This document shows, in pieces, positions 49,042-58,443 of a stretch of DNA of 64,000 bases. The stretch lies in IMG/VR virus record IMGVR_UViG_2703718819_000006; one strand, given 5' to 3'. The notes below the pieces were generated by a model that saw nothing but the letters and a program-made list of their open reading frames with translations, ran no database searches and had not been told where the DNA came from. Made by a program: the position numbers and the translations under genes. This DNA is from a virus (lineage: Duplodnaviria; Heunggongvirae; Uroviricota; Caudoviricetes). Within the stretch, counting starts at the first letter, position 1. Each line of letters begins with the position of its first letter.

Positions 49042-49388
49042 TGCTTTGCCTCATGCCACTTTTGCTTCAGGAGATAGCCTTCCAGGGGCCAGATTTGATC
49101 GATAGCATCTTTTCGAGCGTACTCGCGACCAACATCAAAGTTGAAGATTTCTGGTCTTACGCACGCAGATTTTCCCGTTACGGTATATCCATTTTTGAGA
49201 ACCATAACGCAGAACGTTAAGAGTTTTAACGACTCATGACCTTTGTCGATATCTGTTTTTGAATTGTAAACAGAGATGAAGTTATCCCCGTGGCTGGCAT
49301 CATATGCAGTGAAATAATGTTCACTTTGAATGAGTTGTTCAATGTGTTCAGGGGTGACTTTTAGTGGTGTGTTCTCTTTGCTGGTCAT
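49038..49388 (-). CDS. hypothetical protein
   Basis: ORF track; ATGA overlap with glutaredoxin gene. Confidence 0.5.
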   Translation of the reverse strand: MTSKENTPLKVTPEHIEQLIQSEHYFTAYDASHGDNFISVYNSKTDIDKGHESLKLLTFCVMVLKNGYTVTGKSACVRPEIFNFDVGREYARKDAIDQIWPLEGYLLKQKWHEAKQ

Positions 49389-49434
49389 TATTTCTTCCTA
49401 CAAAGTTCGTAGACTTGACTCTTTCAGTTGCAAA

Positions 49435-49454
49435 AAAGGGGCCGAAGCCCCTTT
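49435..49454. terminator. rho-independent terminator (bidirectional-looking), closes the tRNA transcription unit
   Basis: aaaggggc cgaa gcccctttt with U-run on minus strand. Confidence 0.65.
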
Positions 49455-49608
49455 GAATTTTGCGCTGAAAAAAGTGTTGCTAGGATGTTAGCAAGCTATG
49501 GTTAAGAACGTCTGCCGTAATTGTCTATCACAGCGTTGAGCGGTCTGGTTTATGTTAGCGGAGTCTTAATCTGGGTGATTAAAAGGCCAAACCGCTCAAC
49601 GCTGTGTC

Positions 49609-49695
49609 TGGCGGAGAGTAATGGAATCGAACCATCATCGCTTGCGCAATGGGACGGTTTTCAAGACCGCTTGAGCACCATGCTCCCTACTCTCC
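49609..49695 (-). tRNA. tRNA-Ser (anticodon TGA), type II with long variable arm
   Basis: Hand-folded: acceptor GGAGAGT/ACTCTCC, anticodon loop CTTGAAA, T-loop GGTTCGATTCC, encoded GCCA 3' end. Confidence 0.7.
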
Positions 49696-50341
49696 AATTG
49701 TTGTGGTGCCGGGTGCCTCCCGGTGTCCTTTGGCTGGTTATCCACCGTGAACGGGGCCACAGATGTCATAAGATGAGCAATATAACCATTTCCCCGCGTG
49801 CGCTTAGCCGCATTCACCACAACGGAAAGAGCATTCACATCTCGCGTGCCGCCACGAATAGCAACTCAGAGAGTCGAACTCTGAAAATGCTCTTACCTGT
49901 TGTGTGCTGTGTCACTCCCTCCGCTATTACCTGGCTTTGCCTCGACCTTTTAGGTTGCGTCCGATGATAAACAGGGCTGTCGGAAATTTGTCTGTGGCAC
50001 AGCGATAAGAGAACTCGATGCATTTAAGCCAAGCCCCATATGGGAAGTTCTCTTATCTGTTGTGCGCTCCGTTTCGTGGAGCTAACGGCGGGTGAACAGG
50101 CCGCACCAGGTTGGACATATTTCAGCGTTATGCTGTTGCAAGAGAGCCAAATTGTGATGGTCGGTGCTGAACTCCGACACAGGGTTGTAGCAAGCCCCGC
50201 AAAGCGCGCACTACTGTAGTTACGGCACATCAGCCTGTGCATTCATCACAATGTTGAGAACACTGGTTGTCACGCGGCAACGCAACATTTATTCATAAAT
50301 TGGGATATGAACCCGTTACGCCAATGTTCTCAATATTATGT

Positions 50342-50417
50342 TGGTGCCGGTTAACGGACTTGAACCGCTGGCCATTCGCTTACAAAGCGACTGCTCTACC
50401 AACTGAGCTAAACCGGC
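50342..50417 (-). tRNA. tRNA-Thr (anticodon TGT)
   Basis: Hand-folded: acceptor GCCGGTT/AACCGGC, D-arm GCTCAGTTGGTAGAGC, anticodon loop TTTGTAA, encoded CCA. Confidence 0.7.
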
Positions 50418-50421
50418 AATT

Positions 50422-50508
50422 TGGTGGGGAGTGATGGAGTCGAACCACCCGAGTCGCAATGACGGTAGATTTACAGTCTACACCGCTACCTCTACGGACT
50501 AACTCCCC
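50422..50508 (-). tRNA. tRNA-Tyr (anticodon GTA), type II
   Basis: Anticodon arm GTAGA-CTGTAAA-TCTAC, T-loop GGTTCGACTCC, acceptor GGGGAGT/ACTCCCC, encoded CCA. Confidence 0.75.
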
Positions 50509-50513
50509 TAAAT

Positions 50514-50588
50514 TGGCGATGGTGGGTGGATTCGAACCACCGACCAGTTGGTTAACAGCCAACTGCTCTACCGCTGAGCTACACCATC
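50514..50588 (-). tRNA. tRNA-Asn (anticodon GTT)
   Basis: Anticodon arm GTTGG-CTGTTAA-CCAAC, T-loop GGTTCGAATCC, acceptor GATGGTG/CACCATC. Confidence 0.75.
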
Positions 50589-51364
50589 AATTCAGCACTG
50601 CCAGTATTTATTACTCAACAGTGCCAATCGCGGCGGTGTTAGTTTCTGCCAGGAAACGCACCGCTACTTGCACTTTCCGTTAGTGCCAGACGTTTTCGAC
50701 TTCGCTCAATAGAAGGCAAAATCTTTAAGTAGATGATGTTTCTGAGGACAGCACCTACTTTGTAATTCATACAATGTGATGTATGGAATCATTTGTTGTG
50801 AAAACAGGCACCAATGGCAACAGTGGTTAAACCTACACAACAATCCTGTCTTCACAACGTTGAGGCCACTACTCCGATTGAATGTTTGCCCAACATGTTA
50901 CATATCAACGCTCGCCGGTATCTCTGTGAATAGAACCTTAGAATTGATAAAAATGTAATGGCCTCAACGTTGTGTGCTGGCTAACCATACCAGCCGGGCT
51001 ACGTCGCCGCTTTTTAACCCAGTATAAACGACATAATTAAACAAAATGACGTAACAGGATGGGCGGTCAGTGGCTAAGAATCCGGGAGTCATATGGAGTT
51101 GAAAATATACCAACCGCCCATTCTGTTACTTCATCGGAGGGAACATGAATGTTCCCTCCTGCGTTCTGCAATCACACTCGCTCAGTGTGTCCCATTTCGG
51201 TAACGAGGCTGGAAACTGACCTCGCTGGTGTTTGGCTTATTAGGCTACTGCCAGATAGACTTCTTCGTTTGCACTTGTATTTAAGTTCAAACAGTCGCGT
51301 CTCAACGAAAACAAAGTCATCTTATACACAAAAGATAAGTAAGTAAATACTTATCAATATGTTT

Positions 51365-51655
51365 TTATTCGGTTGTGACTTTTTTGATCAAGGCCACTCT
51401 ACGACTAGGTGTTCTTGTAATGGTGGCAGTGAATCGTTTCGCTTGGATAGTAATGGTTTCGTTCTCCTTAAGTTGCCCGTAGCGAGTTTCCACCAGGGTG
51501 CCAAGACGCCACAGACCATCATCGATACGTTTATGACTAGCAAATTTAATCAGCAACAGTTTTACGACTAACTGACCTACGTAAAAGGCGAATGCGACTC
51601 CGGCCGCTAAGAAATAGGTGGCCAACCACCATTCCCAAGAAGTTAAATTGCTCAT
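51365..51655 (-). CDS. membrane protein, hypothetical
   Basis: ORF track; N-terminal TM helix. Confidence 0.45.
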   Translation of the reverse strand: MSNLTSWEWWLATYFLAAGVAFAFYVGQLVVKLLLIKFASHKRIDDGLWRLGTLVETRYGQLKENETITIQAKRFTATITRTPSRRVALIKKVTTE

Positions 51656-51804
51656 TTTTTCACCTTTGTTTCATGAACTACCCGATACACACGCTTTCCA
51701 ATGCACAGTGTTTTGGTTTTAAGTTCCTGCTTAATTAAATCACGACAGATGCCGAAGCCGATAAGGAAGCCACCCATAAAAGCTAATGAGATGTATGGAA
51801 TCAT
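51652..51804 (-). CDS. small hydrophobic protein (50 aa); its start codon lies in the repeated ATGATTCCATAC motif
   Basis: ATGA overlaps with both neighbours. Confidence 0.3.
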   Translation of the reverse strand: MIPYISLAFMGGFLIGFGICRDLIKQELKTKTLCIGKRVYRVVHETKVKK

Positions 51805-52016
51805 TTTAACGCTCCTGATTCTACTAATTGCTGTAGCAATACTTTCCCTTTATCAGTTAACTGGTAGTTGGCCGAACACCACGTTTCAGAAACGTTTGCA
51901 ACCAACCCTAAACGCTCTAACTTAGCTCGCGTTTTAGGCTTCCAGTACTCAGGGAACTCCGGCCACTTACTGATTTCATGAAGCGTTTCCTTCTCCCGTT
52001 TACTTAATACGATCAT
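51801..52016 (-). CDS. hypothetical protein
   Basis: ORF track. Confidence 0.45.
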   Translation of the reverse strand: MIVLSKREKETLHEISKWPEFPEYWKPKTRAKLERLGLVANVSETWCSANYQLTDKGKVLLQQLVESGALK

Positions 52017-52179
52017 CCTTAATCTCCTTCAGGGTGTTGGTTATTTCTACAATGCGATAAATACGACCGCGTCTTTCTATAACACCGCTTTTAATGTAGT
52101 CATTGATGCAACTGGACATCACCACAATACCTATGAAAAAACCAACTGCTAAAAATGCAATCATCCAGCCGAGCATCAT
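52000..52179 (-). CDS. small membrane protein (59 aa), below ORF-track size cutoff
   Basis: Start overlaps ligase stop. Confidence 0.3.
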   Translation of the reverse strand: MMLGWMIAFLAVGFFIGIVVMSSCINDYIKSGVIERRGRIYRIVEITNTLKEIKDDRIK

Positions 52180-53498
52180 TCTTTATCTCCGATTCGATCT
52201 TCTGTATCGCGTAAGCAACGCGGCCATTTGAGTCGGGGGTGGCGTAAGCTGCCATCCGGTGTTTTCTCGTGACAATGAACCTCAACAATACGACCACGGT
52301 ACTTCTCTTTGTTGTTCCAGATCTCGTCCAGATATTTATGCTTAATACCGCTCGCACGAACGATGACGCCGTTTTCAAGACGAATAACAATTTTTCCAAG
52401 TGTGTTGGCAAAACCAGAGTCCGGGTCGCCCGGCTCAAAGTCGATAATTTCACCATCTTCTGAATCTTCGTCTTTTAACTTCCACCAGCTGCGGGTACGT
52501 TTAAACTCGTAAACAGAGTTCGGATCTTTGCCCATCTCCCCTTCTTCGTTATCGTCCAGGCGTTTCATGAAGCGTTCGATGAAGTCTTCGTGGCTATGGA
52601 TGATATAGAACGGATGCAGGTGAATGTCTTGTGTGTAGCCTTCACTGCGATCGTTTTTGAACAACGCCACCAGCATAGCCAGGCGCTCTTTCAGCTTCAT
52701 ACCTGTCTTTGCATACTCTTTGGATTTAGCCTGTGCTCGCCATTCCGGTAGGAAGAAGTCAAAAACATGATAAATAGCGCCAATTGCCTGCACGTTCTTT
52801 TTGCGCAATGCAGATACGGACTGGTTAAATGAACCGGCAGTTCCTTCACCATCGAAGAAGATGTGTTTGTGGCCTGAAAGTTTGCCTAATTCGAGCATGG
52901 CTGGCTTTAGGTGATCGAGAGACGTGATTGGATTACCAGTACGAGAAAGGAAGTTAACCTCTTCCTCGTCAACAATAACCTCGCAAATTACTCGCAAACC
53001 ATCGAGCTTAAGACTGCCAATCATCGGCCATTTTGCTTTAGGATTTGGCTTGAAGGGGTATTTGTCGCCTTTTTCTTTATACGGTGACGCCAGCTGCACC
53101 TCGAATTTCGGAATGGGATTTTCAAAAACCTTGTTGCATAGGCTAATCCCAACGCCAGCTTTCGGGTCTTTTAAGAGGAAACGACGGAACACGTCCTGCC
53201 CATCGGCGCACATTGACGCCACGATAGACTCAACAGCTGCTATTGCTGCGTTCCCCGTTAGCTCGCGAGAGGCCAGCTTATTCAGTACATCAATGGCTTT
53301 TTCGTCACTTGGGATGGACTCACTAAGCGGCTCTGCCACTTTGTATTTCTTTACCCCAAAACGGATGAAAGGGTTGAGCATCAATGAAACCATGCTTTGT
53401 TCAAAGTCATCCATGTTGGCCAATGCCTCTTTTTTTGCATTGGTTCCCATAGCTTTCATTTCGTCCAGCTTATGCTTAAGTGCGATCAACTTTTTCAT
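52176..53498 (-). CDS. ATP-dependent DNA ligase
   Basis: Motif I KLDGLR (KxDG), motif III IFFDGE. Confidence 0.8.
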   Translation of the reverse strand: MKKLIALKHKLDEMKAMGTNAKKEALANMDDFEQSMVSLMLNPFIRFGVKKYKVAEPLSESIPSDEKAIDVLNKLASRELTGNAAIAAVESIVASMCADGQDVFRRFLLKDPKAGVGISLCNKVFENPIPKFEVQLASPYKEKGDKYPFKPNPKAKWPMIGSLKLDGLRVICEVIVDEEEVNFLSRTGNPITSLDHLKPAMLELGKLSGHKHIFFDGEGTAGSFNQSVSALRKKNVQAIGAIYHVFDFFLPEWRAQAKSKEYAKTGMKLKERLAMLVALFKNDRSEGYTQDIHLHPFYIIHSHEDFIERFMKRLDDNEEGEMGKDPNSVYEFKRTRSWWKLKDEDSEDGEIIDFEPGDPDSGFANTLGKIVIRLENGVIVRASGIKHKYLDEIWNNKEKYRGRIVEVHCHEKTPDGSLRHPRLKWPRCLRDTEDRIGDKE

Positions 53499-53977
53499 TG
53501 TTGTTTTGCCTCCATATGTTGATCGATTTGCTCATGTGTTTTTTTTGTTGTTTCTTCAAGCAACGCCGCATACACGTCAGTGATCGCTGTTTGTGATGTG
53601 GCGCTCTTCTTAACCATGCTATTAATCGTTACACTGTCACGTTTTCGTTTTAAAGTTCTGGCTTGTTTATTCCGTTCTTCAACCTCCTTAATGAGCGCGG
53701 TCATATCTTCGAAATACAGAGATTCTCCTTTACGAATCTCTTCAACCATCATTTTTAACGCCTTGCATTTGCCTGCTTTGATAGCGGTTGCGCACGACTG
53801 GAATGAAGTTCGAGGAAGACGGTTTTCTTTGAAGGCAAGAATGGTGTGCTGGCAAACGGAGTAGCTGCAATATGCCGACTCACCGTTTATCTTTACTTCC
53901 TCACAACGAAGTGAATAACCATTATTTCCTGAAATAGAGGGGATTTTTGACAAATCAGCTTTCACAACTACCGCCAT
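53495..53977 (-). CDS. hypothetical protein
   Basis: ORF track. Confidence 0.5.
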   Translation of the reverse strand: MAVVVKADLSKIPSISGNNGYSLRCEEVKINGESAYCSYSVCQHTILAFKENRLPRTSFQSCATAIKAGKCKALKMMVEEIRKGESLYFEDMTALIKEVEERNKQARTLKRKRDSVTINSMVKKSATSQTAITDVYAALLEETTKKTHEQIDQHMEAKQQ

Positions 53978-54031
53978 AAATAATCTTGTACTTACCTATC
54001 GTTATTTGCGTAAAAACGACGCGCGGAGAGA

Positions 54032-54808
54032 TTACCAACTTCCCCAGCTAATCATCTTGCGCTGATTGCTTTCTAAGCGATAGGGGGCAAGAAGCTCTGT
54101 GACATGATTGGTGGCGTATGATTTAGCCTCTTGCTCTATCATCGGTAATTCGTTAGCAATCCTGACCACCTTCCAAGCAAATTCCGCCATTACGCCATCA
54201 CATGCCTTCCCAGCATCAATAACGATATGCACCAGATCCAACTGGCTTTTGCACATGTCGCAAAGAGACGCATACTCACTCTCTCTGATTACATTTACGG
54301 CATCATTAGCCCCTTTATTAAGCAAGACTTCCAACAGATTTTTCGGGGTAACGAAATCTGCTTTCAGAGATAATGTCTTTTCACCACTTATCGAACGCAA
54401 GTACTCTTCGTAGTTATTCTTCATCAAACCGCTGCTGCGCATTGCTAGAACTGCTTCTTGAATGGCCGCTTCAATAGTTTCGTCGTTTGAAAGACAAAAA
54501 ACGGTATTTGTGTAGATCACTCTGCCATCAAGCCATGCTCCAACCTGCACTTTAAGACTGAGCGGGTTTTCTTTGCTAATAAAAACAACTAATGCAGAAC
54601 GCCGTGCACAAGAAGGTTCACCCCATACGTGTAACTTAACCTTCAGATAAGGTAGCCCCGGTAGCGGGATCTCGACCAAACGAGTGGCGATATGATCCAT
54701 TGCTGTTTTTACCGCTTTTTCAATGATGTCTAGTCGATTGCTCTCGCTGATTTCTAAACCAGTTTTATCAATGATGTCGCAGGCTAATTTCTGAATTTCG
54801 TCTTTCAT
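54032..54808 (-). CDS. hypothetical protein
   Basis: ORF track. Confidence 0.5.
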   Translation of the reverse strand: MKDEIQKLACDIIDKTGLEISESNRLDIIEKAVKTAMDHIATRLVEIPLPGLPYLKVKLHVWGEPSCARRSALVVFISKENPLSLKVQVGAWLDGRVIYTNTVFCLSNDETIEAAIQEAVLAMRSSGLMKNNYEEYLRSISGEKTLSLKADFVTPKNLLEVLLNKGANDAVNVIRESEYASLCDMCKSQLDLVHIVIDAGKACDGVMAEFAWKVVRIANELPMIEQEAKSYATNHVTELLAPYRLESNQRKMISWGSW

Positions 54809-54886
54809 ACCAACTCCTAGCTAACAGATGAAAGTATTCTCACAGAAAGATAAGTAATCATCTACTTATTTTAAAGGTGATTGTTA

Positions 54887-56065
54887 TCATAGAGCCTTAA
54901 TGCCCAAAACCTTGCTTTGTAACTCCAACTGCTTGGTATACGGTTTTGCCCGATAATAGGCTTTGATGATTTGCTCTGGCGTTGCATCGCCCGGGTCGAG
55001 TCCTTCCTCGCCCAAACACGCCACTTTGACATTAAGACCAATACTGGTCAGTCGCCTGGCTGCGGCCATCGTGTTGCGTATAGCTTGCTTTTCACTATCC
55101 CACATCATGATCACATTACGTAATCCACGCGCCTTGAGCGTCAGGAACGCGCCTAACTGATCTTCTGCATCCTGAGTGGTGTTACCAGATAGATGCATCC
55201 CGAACGTTCCTATCGGTTCCACGTAATCACGTAATGTTTCTTCATCAAAAATAGCTCGTTTAACCCCCATAACATCGAACGCCCCCTCACAGACAACTAC
55301 AGTCTGTTTGCCGACTGCATTATGGCCGTTGTAGAGAAACTTACCTGAAGCTGGAAGTTGCATAGGAAAGAGGTAGCGGCGTTCTGCTGTACCGGTAATG
55401 TCTCGTCCCTGAAATGTCTTCATTACCCCATCCAGATCGTAAACCGGTATCAGTATTCGCATATCGAATATCTGTCCTTTAACCTGATCTGTATACGGAT
55501 CTACATAAGCGTGCTTGCCTTCGACGCAGTATCGTAGGTCAAAATACTTTGCCATTTCAGGCGATATGTTTCGTTCAACCAGATAGTCTGGAAGACGGCC
55601 ATCTATAGGAAGTTCGTAATGACGAGGGAGTGCAAGTGGTCCCTCTAACTCGACTGTGCTTGCAAGCACTATCTCTTCTTTCTTTGGTGTCCACCCCTGG
55701 GAAAGAAGAGCGTTCTGCACATATTCCTCGAACTGTCGTCGTGATTTACCGCTGTAGTGCTTGAGGAAGACCAGCTTATTGAACTGAATCTCTTCGGGAT
55801 GATCACCAGCGAAGCATTTGCCGACGCCACTGGTCAGATTGAAATATACCTTCCAGTTGGAGCTGCCGCATACCGGACACTCCTTGATATTCACTTCACG
55901 ACCGCGAGCACTCACGCCTCCACGTCGATAAACGATACCTTCAGTGTCCAACCATTGTTCAAAATCTAATTCGGTAATTAGCTCTTTCAGCTCGCTCACG
56001 ATAATTCCACTTTTAACAGGCAATATTGTGACCAACCTAAATGTTGATATAACATAAAGGCTCAT
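54887..56065 (-). CDS. DNA primase (zinc-ribbon plus Toprim)
   Basis: CPVCGSSNW..GKCFAGDH zinc-binding region; VVVCEGAFDVMG Toprim; ORF track start 56137 is GTG, ATG at 56065 carries conserved leader. Confidence 0.75.
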   Translation of the reverse strand: MSLYVISTFRLVTILPVKSGIIVSELKELITELDFEQWLDTEGIVYRRGGVSARGREVNIKECPVCGSSNWKVYFNLTSGVGKCFAGDHPEEIQFNKLVFLKHYSGKSRRQFEEYVQNALLSQGWTPKKEEIVLASTVELEGPLALPRHYELPIDGRLPDYLVERNISPEMAKYFDLRYCVEGKHAYVDPYTDQVKGQIFDMRILIPVYDLDGVMKTFQGRDITGTAERRYLFPMQLPASGKFLYNGHNAVGKQTVVVCEGAFDVMGVKRAIFDEETLRDYVEPIGTFGMHLSGNTTQDAEDQLGAFLTLKARGLRNVIMMWDSEKQAIRNTMAAARRLTSIGLNVKVACLGEEGLDPGDATPEQIIKAYYRAKPYTKQLELQSKVLGIKAL

Positions 56066-56146
56066 GTGTTTTTCTTTTGTGGTTTGGCAAAAGAAAAGTT
56101 GTTTCACCAATGAATCAAGCGTGGAGGTGTTCTCCACGCTTATTTT

Positions 56147-57487
56147 TTAGGTAACGTCTAAGATTCGCTCAATGAAGCGCATTTGTTCGAGGTTTTGTTT
56201 AACGCGAATGCTGATCCCTCCCTGCTGGTTACGTGAACCAGCAAAGTAGAGACGAGCCTCTCCTTTCGCTTCTTCTTCTTCGGTTTTGTTGATCGTTATT
56301 ACCAGGTCAGCAATACGTACTTTTTCGATGTTGTCGGCAGCGTGCATCATTGTGGCAACTTCTGACGCGCCACCTTCACGGTTTGTCTGCGATGCCGTGA
56401 TCCCAGCAACGTTATGCTTGTCATAAAGAGCACGTAAATCGGTGTAGATACTACGAATGTTGGCGCGATCATCACGAAGGTCATAACTGGCACGCATCAA
56501 ATCTGCGTAGTCGACAACAACCATGTCAGGCACCATGCCGTTGGCTTTCATGCTGTTAAGCATACGGTCCAGATCTGCCGGTGACATACTTCCTGACGGA
56601 CGCTCAACCACCCACAAACTACCAATCCCCTTCGTGGCTCCCAACTCTGCCAACTTACGATGAACCTCATCGCGCCGTTCCACCAGCTTGGACATTTCTG
56701 TCTCCGACAATCTTGCATCAAAACGGTCGGATAAAATGGTGGTGTGAACCTCCAGCGAGAGATACAGAACATTGTAGCCAGCAAGCGTTGCGTTTATGGA
56801 AAACTCACCCATTGCGGTCGATTTACCGGATTTAGCGAACCCCATGAAGAGCACCATTTCGCGCTTTGCCCAGCCTTTTTGGTACAGCAACCTATCGAGA
56901 AGAGGGAGTCCAGTTGTAATACTGTTTGGTACATACTCCTCTGAAGCCTCATATTCACGCGCTTTCAATCGCTCACTTGCGGAGGTGTAGTAGTCATAGA
57001 TTCCGGTCGCTTCGTTCGATCCAATCTGCTGAACCTTGGCCATGATTGCCATCGCCCCCTGAAAGTCGCCTTTCTCTTTCAGTTCAGCAGCCTTAATCAG
57101 AGCATCATCAAACGCTACACTTTTTGCGAAGGTTGATACCTGGTCAACCATGTACGAGGTATCGGACAATTTTTCTGCAAGAATACGCTTAAACGCAGCA
57201 ACAACATCGGCGAATAGTTCCTCACGGATAGTCTTATCGCGTTTCGCACGCTTAAGCATATCCAGAATTGCAGATGAAGAGGGCGCGCTCTTGTACATAC
57301 GGTAATAGCCCGAAACCATATTAACCAATATGGCATTGGCCGCATTGGCAAACTGGCTAGGCACAACCAGATCTCCCGCACGAGTAAGAAACTCGTGATC
57401 ACGACAAAAATATGCCGTCAGTCTGTTCTGGAAATCTTCATCAAACTCTTCGGACAGCCCGCGTCCTGTATGGCAAAGTTCGGTCAT
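56147..57487 (-). CDS. replicative DNA helicase (DnaB-like, RecA-fold)
   Basis: Walker A GFAKSGKST, Walker B VVVDYADLM, arginine finger region. Confidence 0.8.
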   Translation of the reverse strand: MTELCHTGRGLSEEFDEDFQNRLTAYFCRDHEFLTRAGDLVVPSQFANAANAILVNMVSGYYRMYKSAPSSSAILDMLKRAKRDKTIREELFADVVAAFKRILAEKLSDTSYMVDQVSTFAKSVAFDDALIKAAELKEKGDFQGAMAIMAKVQQIGSNEATGIYDYYTSASERLKAREYEASEEYVPNSITTGLPLLDRLLYQKGWAKREMVLFMGFAKSGKSTAMGEFSINATLAGYNVLYLSLEVHTTILSDRFDARLSETEMSKLVERRDEVHRKLAELGATKGIGSLWVVERPSGSMSPADLDRMLNSMKANGMVPDMVVVDYADLMRASYDLRDDRANIRSIYTDLRALYDKHNVAGITASQTNREGGASEVATMMHAADNIEKVRIADLVITINKTEEEEAKGEARLYFAGSRNQQGGISIRVKQNLEQMRFIERILDVT

Positions 57488-57530
57488 GTGCTTTCCTTTG
57501 TTTTTTAAACAAATTGTTTTCTAGTATTAG

Positions 57531-58271
57531 TTAATTAGATAGGGGATCAATAAACCGCCGTGCTTCTTCCAGTTCTTCTGGAAAGTGGGCGGAAATAAGG
57601 CGCTCTGGAACGATTTCCATTAGCCAGATAGCGGAGAAAATTGCGCGTATGCGCTTGCTGCGAGGGATGGTGCGCAAACGCTCCAGAATCCACTCAAAAT
57701 AGCTTTCCTGAATCGGGTTGAACTGCATGTCTCCCATATGCTTAAAGCTAACCAGAGAGTCATCCAGACGGGTTGTTGCGCGTCTGGCTAATTTCTCTTC
57801 AAATATCTCAATCAGTTCTGGCTGCCATAAATGCTGTGGGCGCGGCAGCTTGTCCCACAGCCGTCGTGCAGCTGCGGAAAGAACGGTGGAGATAAAGTAG
57901 TCGTATGAGCAGCAATAGCGATCCGCAAACTGGCGTGCTTTCCATAGCGACGTTTTATTGGCAGTCGACAACTCCTGATAAGGCAGGCGTTTTAACCCGG
58001 TGGTGAACGGAGCTGTTTCAAAGTGTTCGCGACCGTGCGTCAGCATGATATTTGAGTACTGACGTTTGTATGCCTCCGTAAAAAGACAGGTGGCCATGAG
58101 AGGATGCATGTCGCGGTAATCAAACCACTTCGTCTCGAAGAGTTCAGCCTCGTCTTTACAGCGCGACAAACCAATGTTTTCAGCGACCCACTTGTCCATA
58201 ACAGCGGTATTCCACTCTGTCATGAAGTCGTACTGGTCGTTGTCGATGGTATCGAAAAAGATTTGGCTCAT
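57531..58271 (-). CDS. hypothetical protein
   Basis: ORF track 57531..58280 begins on GTG; ATG at 58271. Confidence 0.5.
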   Translation of the reverse strand: MSQIFFDTIDNDQYDFMTEWNTAVMDKWVAENIGLSRCKDEAELFETKWFDYRDMHPLMATCLFTEAYKRQYSNIMLTHGREHFETAPFTTGLKRLPYQELSTANKTSLWKARQFADRYCCSYDYFISTVLSAAARRLWDKLPRPQHLWQPELIEIFEEKLARRATTRLDDSLVSFKHMGDMQFNPIQESYFEWILERLRTIPRSKRIRAIFSAIWLMEIVPERLISAHFPEELEEARRFIDPLSN

Positions 58272-58387
58272 GTGGCTCACCTGGTAGGTAGTTACTTACT
58301 TATCGCAATGAGCGGATGATAGCGACTGGTGGCAGTTTTTGGAAGTGGAAACGGAAGGGAGTTGTTCTGGTGGTGTCTTTTAAAAGA

Positions 58388-58443
58388 CCTGCTTCCGTAT
58401 ATATTTAATAAGTTACTTATTATTTATATATATACAGAAGCAG
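58388..58443 (-). terminator. long AT-rich-loop hairpin, second copy of element at 10072..10130
   Basis: Arms cctgcttccgtatatat / atatatacagaagcagg. Confidence 0.4.

Noticed and set aside
49862-49990. tRNA-like element with a T-arm (CAGAG-TTCGACT-CTCTG) on the minus strand
   Set aside because: Cannot be folded into a canonical cloverleaf by hand (about 100 nt, 5-bp acceptor with mismatches, no CCA); kept only as part of the candidate-RNA finding
49521-50242. ORFs 49521..49967 (+), 49635..49838 (-), 49835..50023 (-), 50024..50242 (-) in the tRNA region
   Set aside because: Low-complexity translations with no RBS or coupling, overlapping tRNA-Ser and hairpin-rich non-coding sequence
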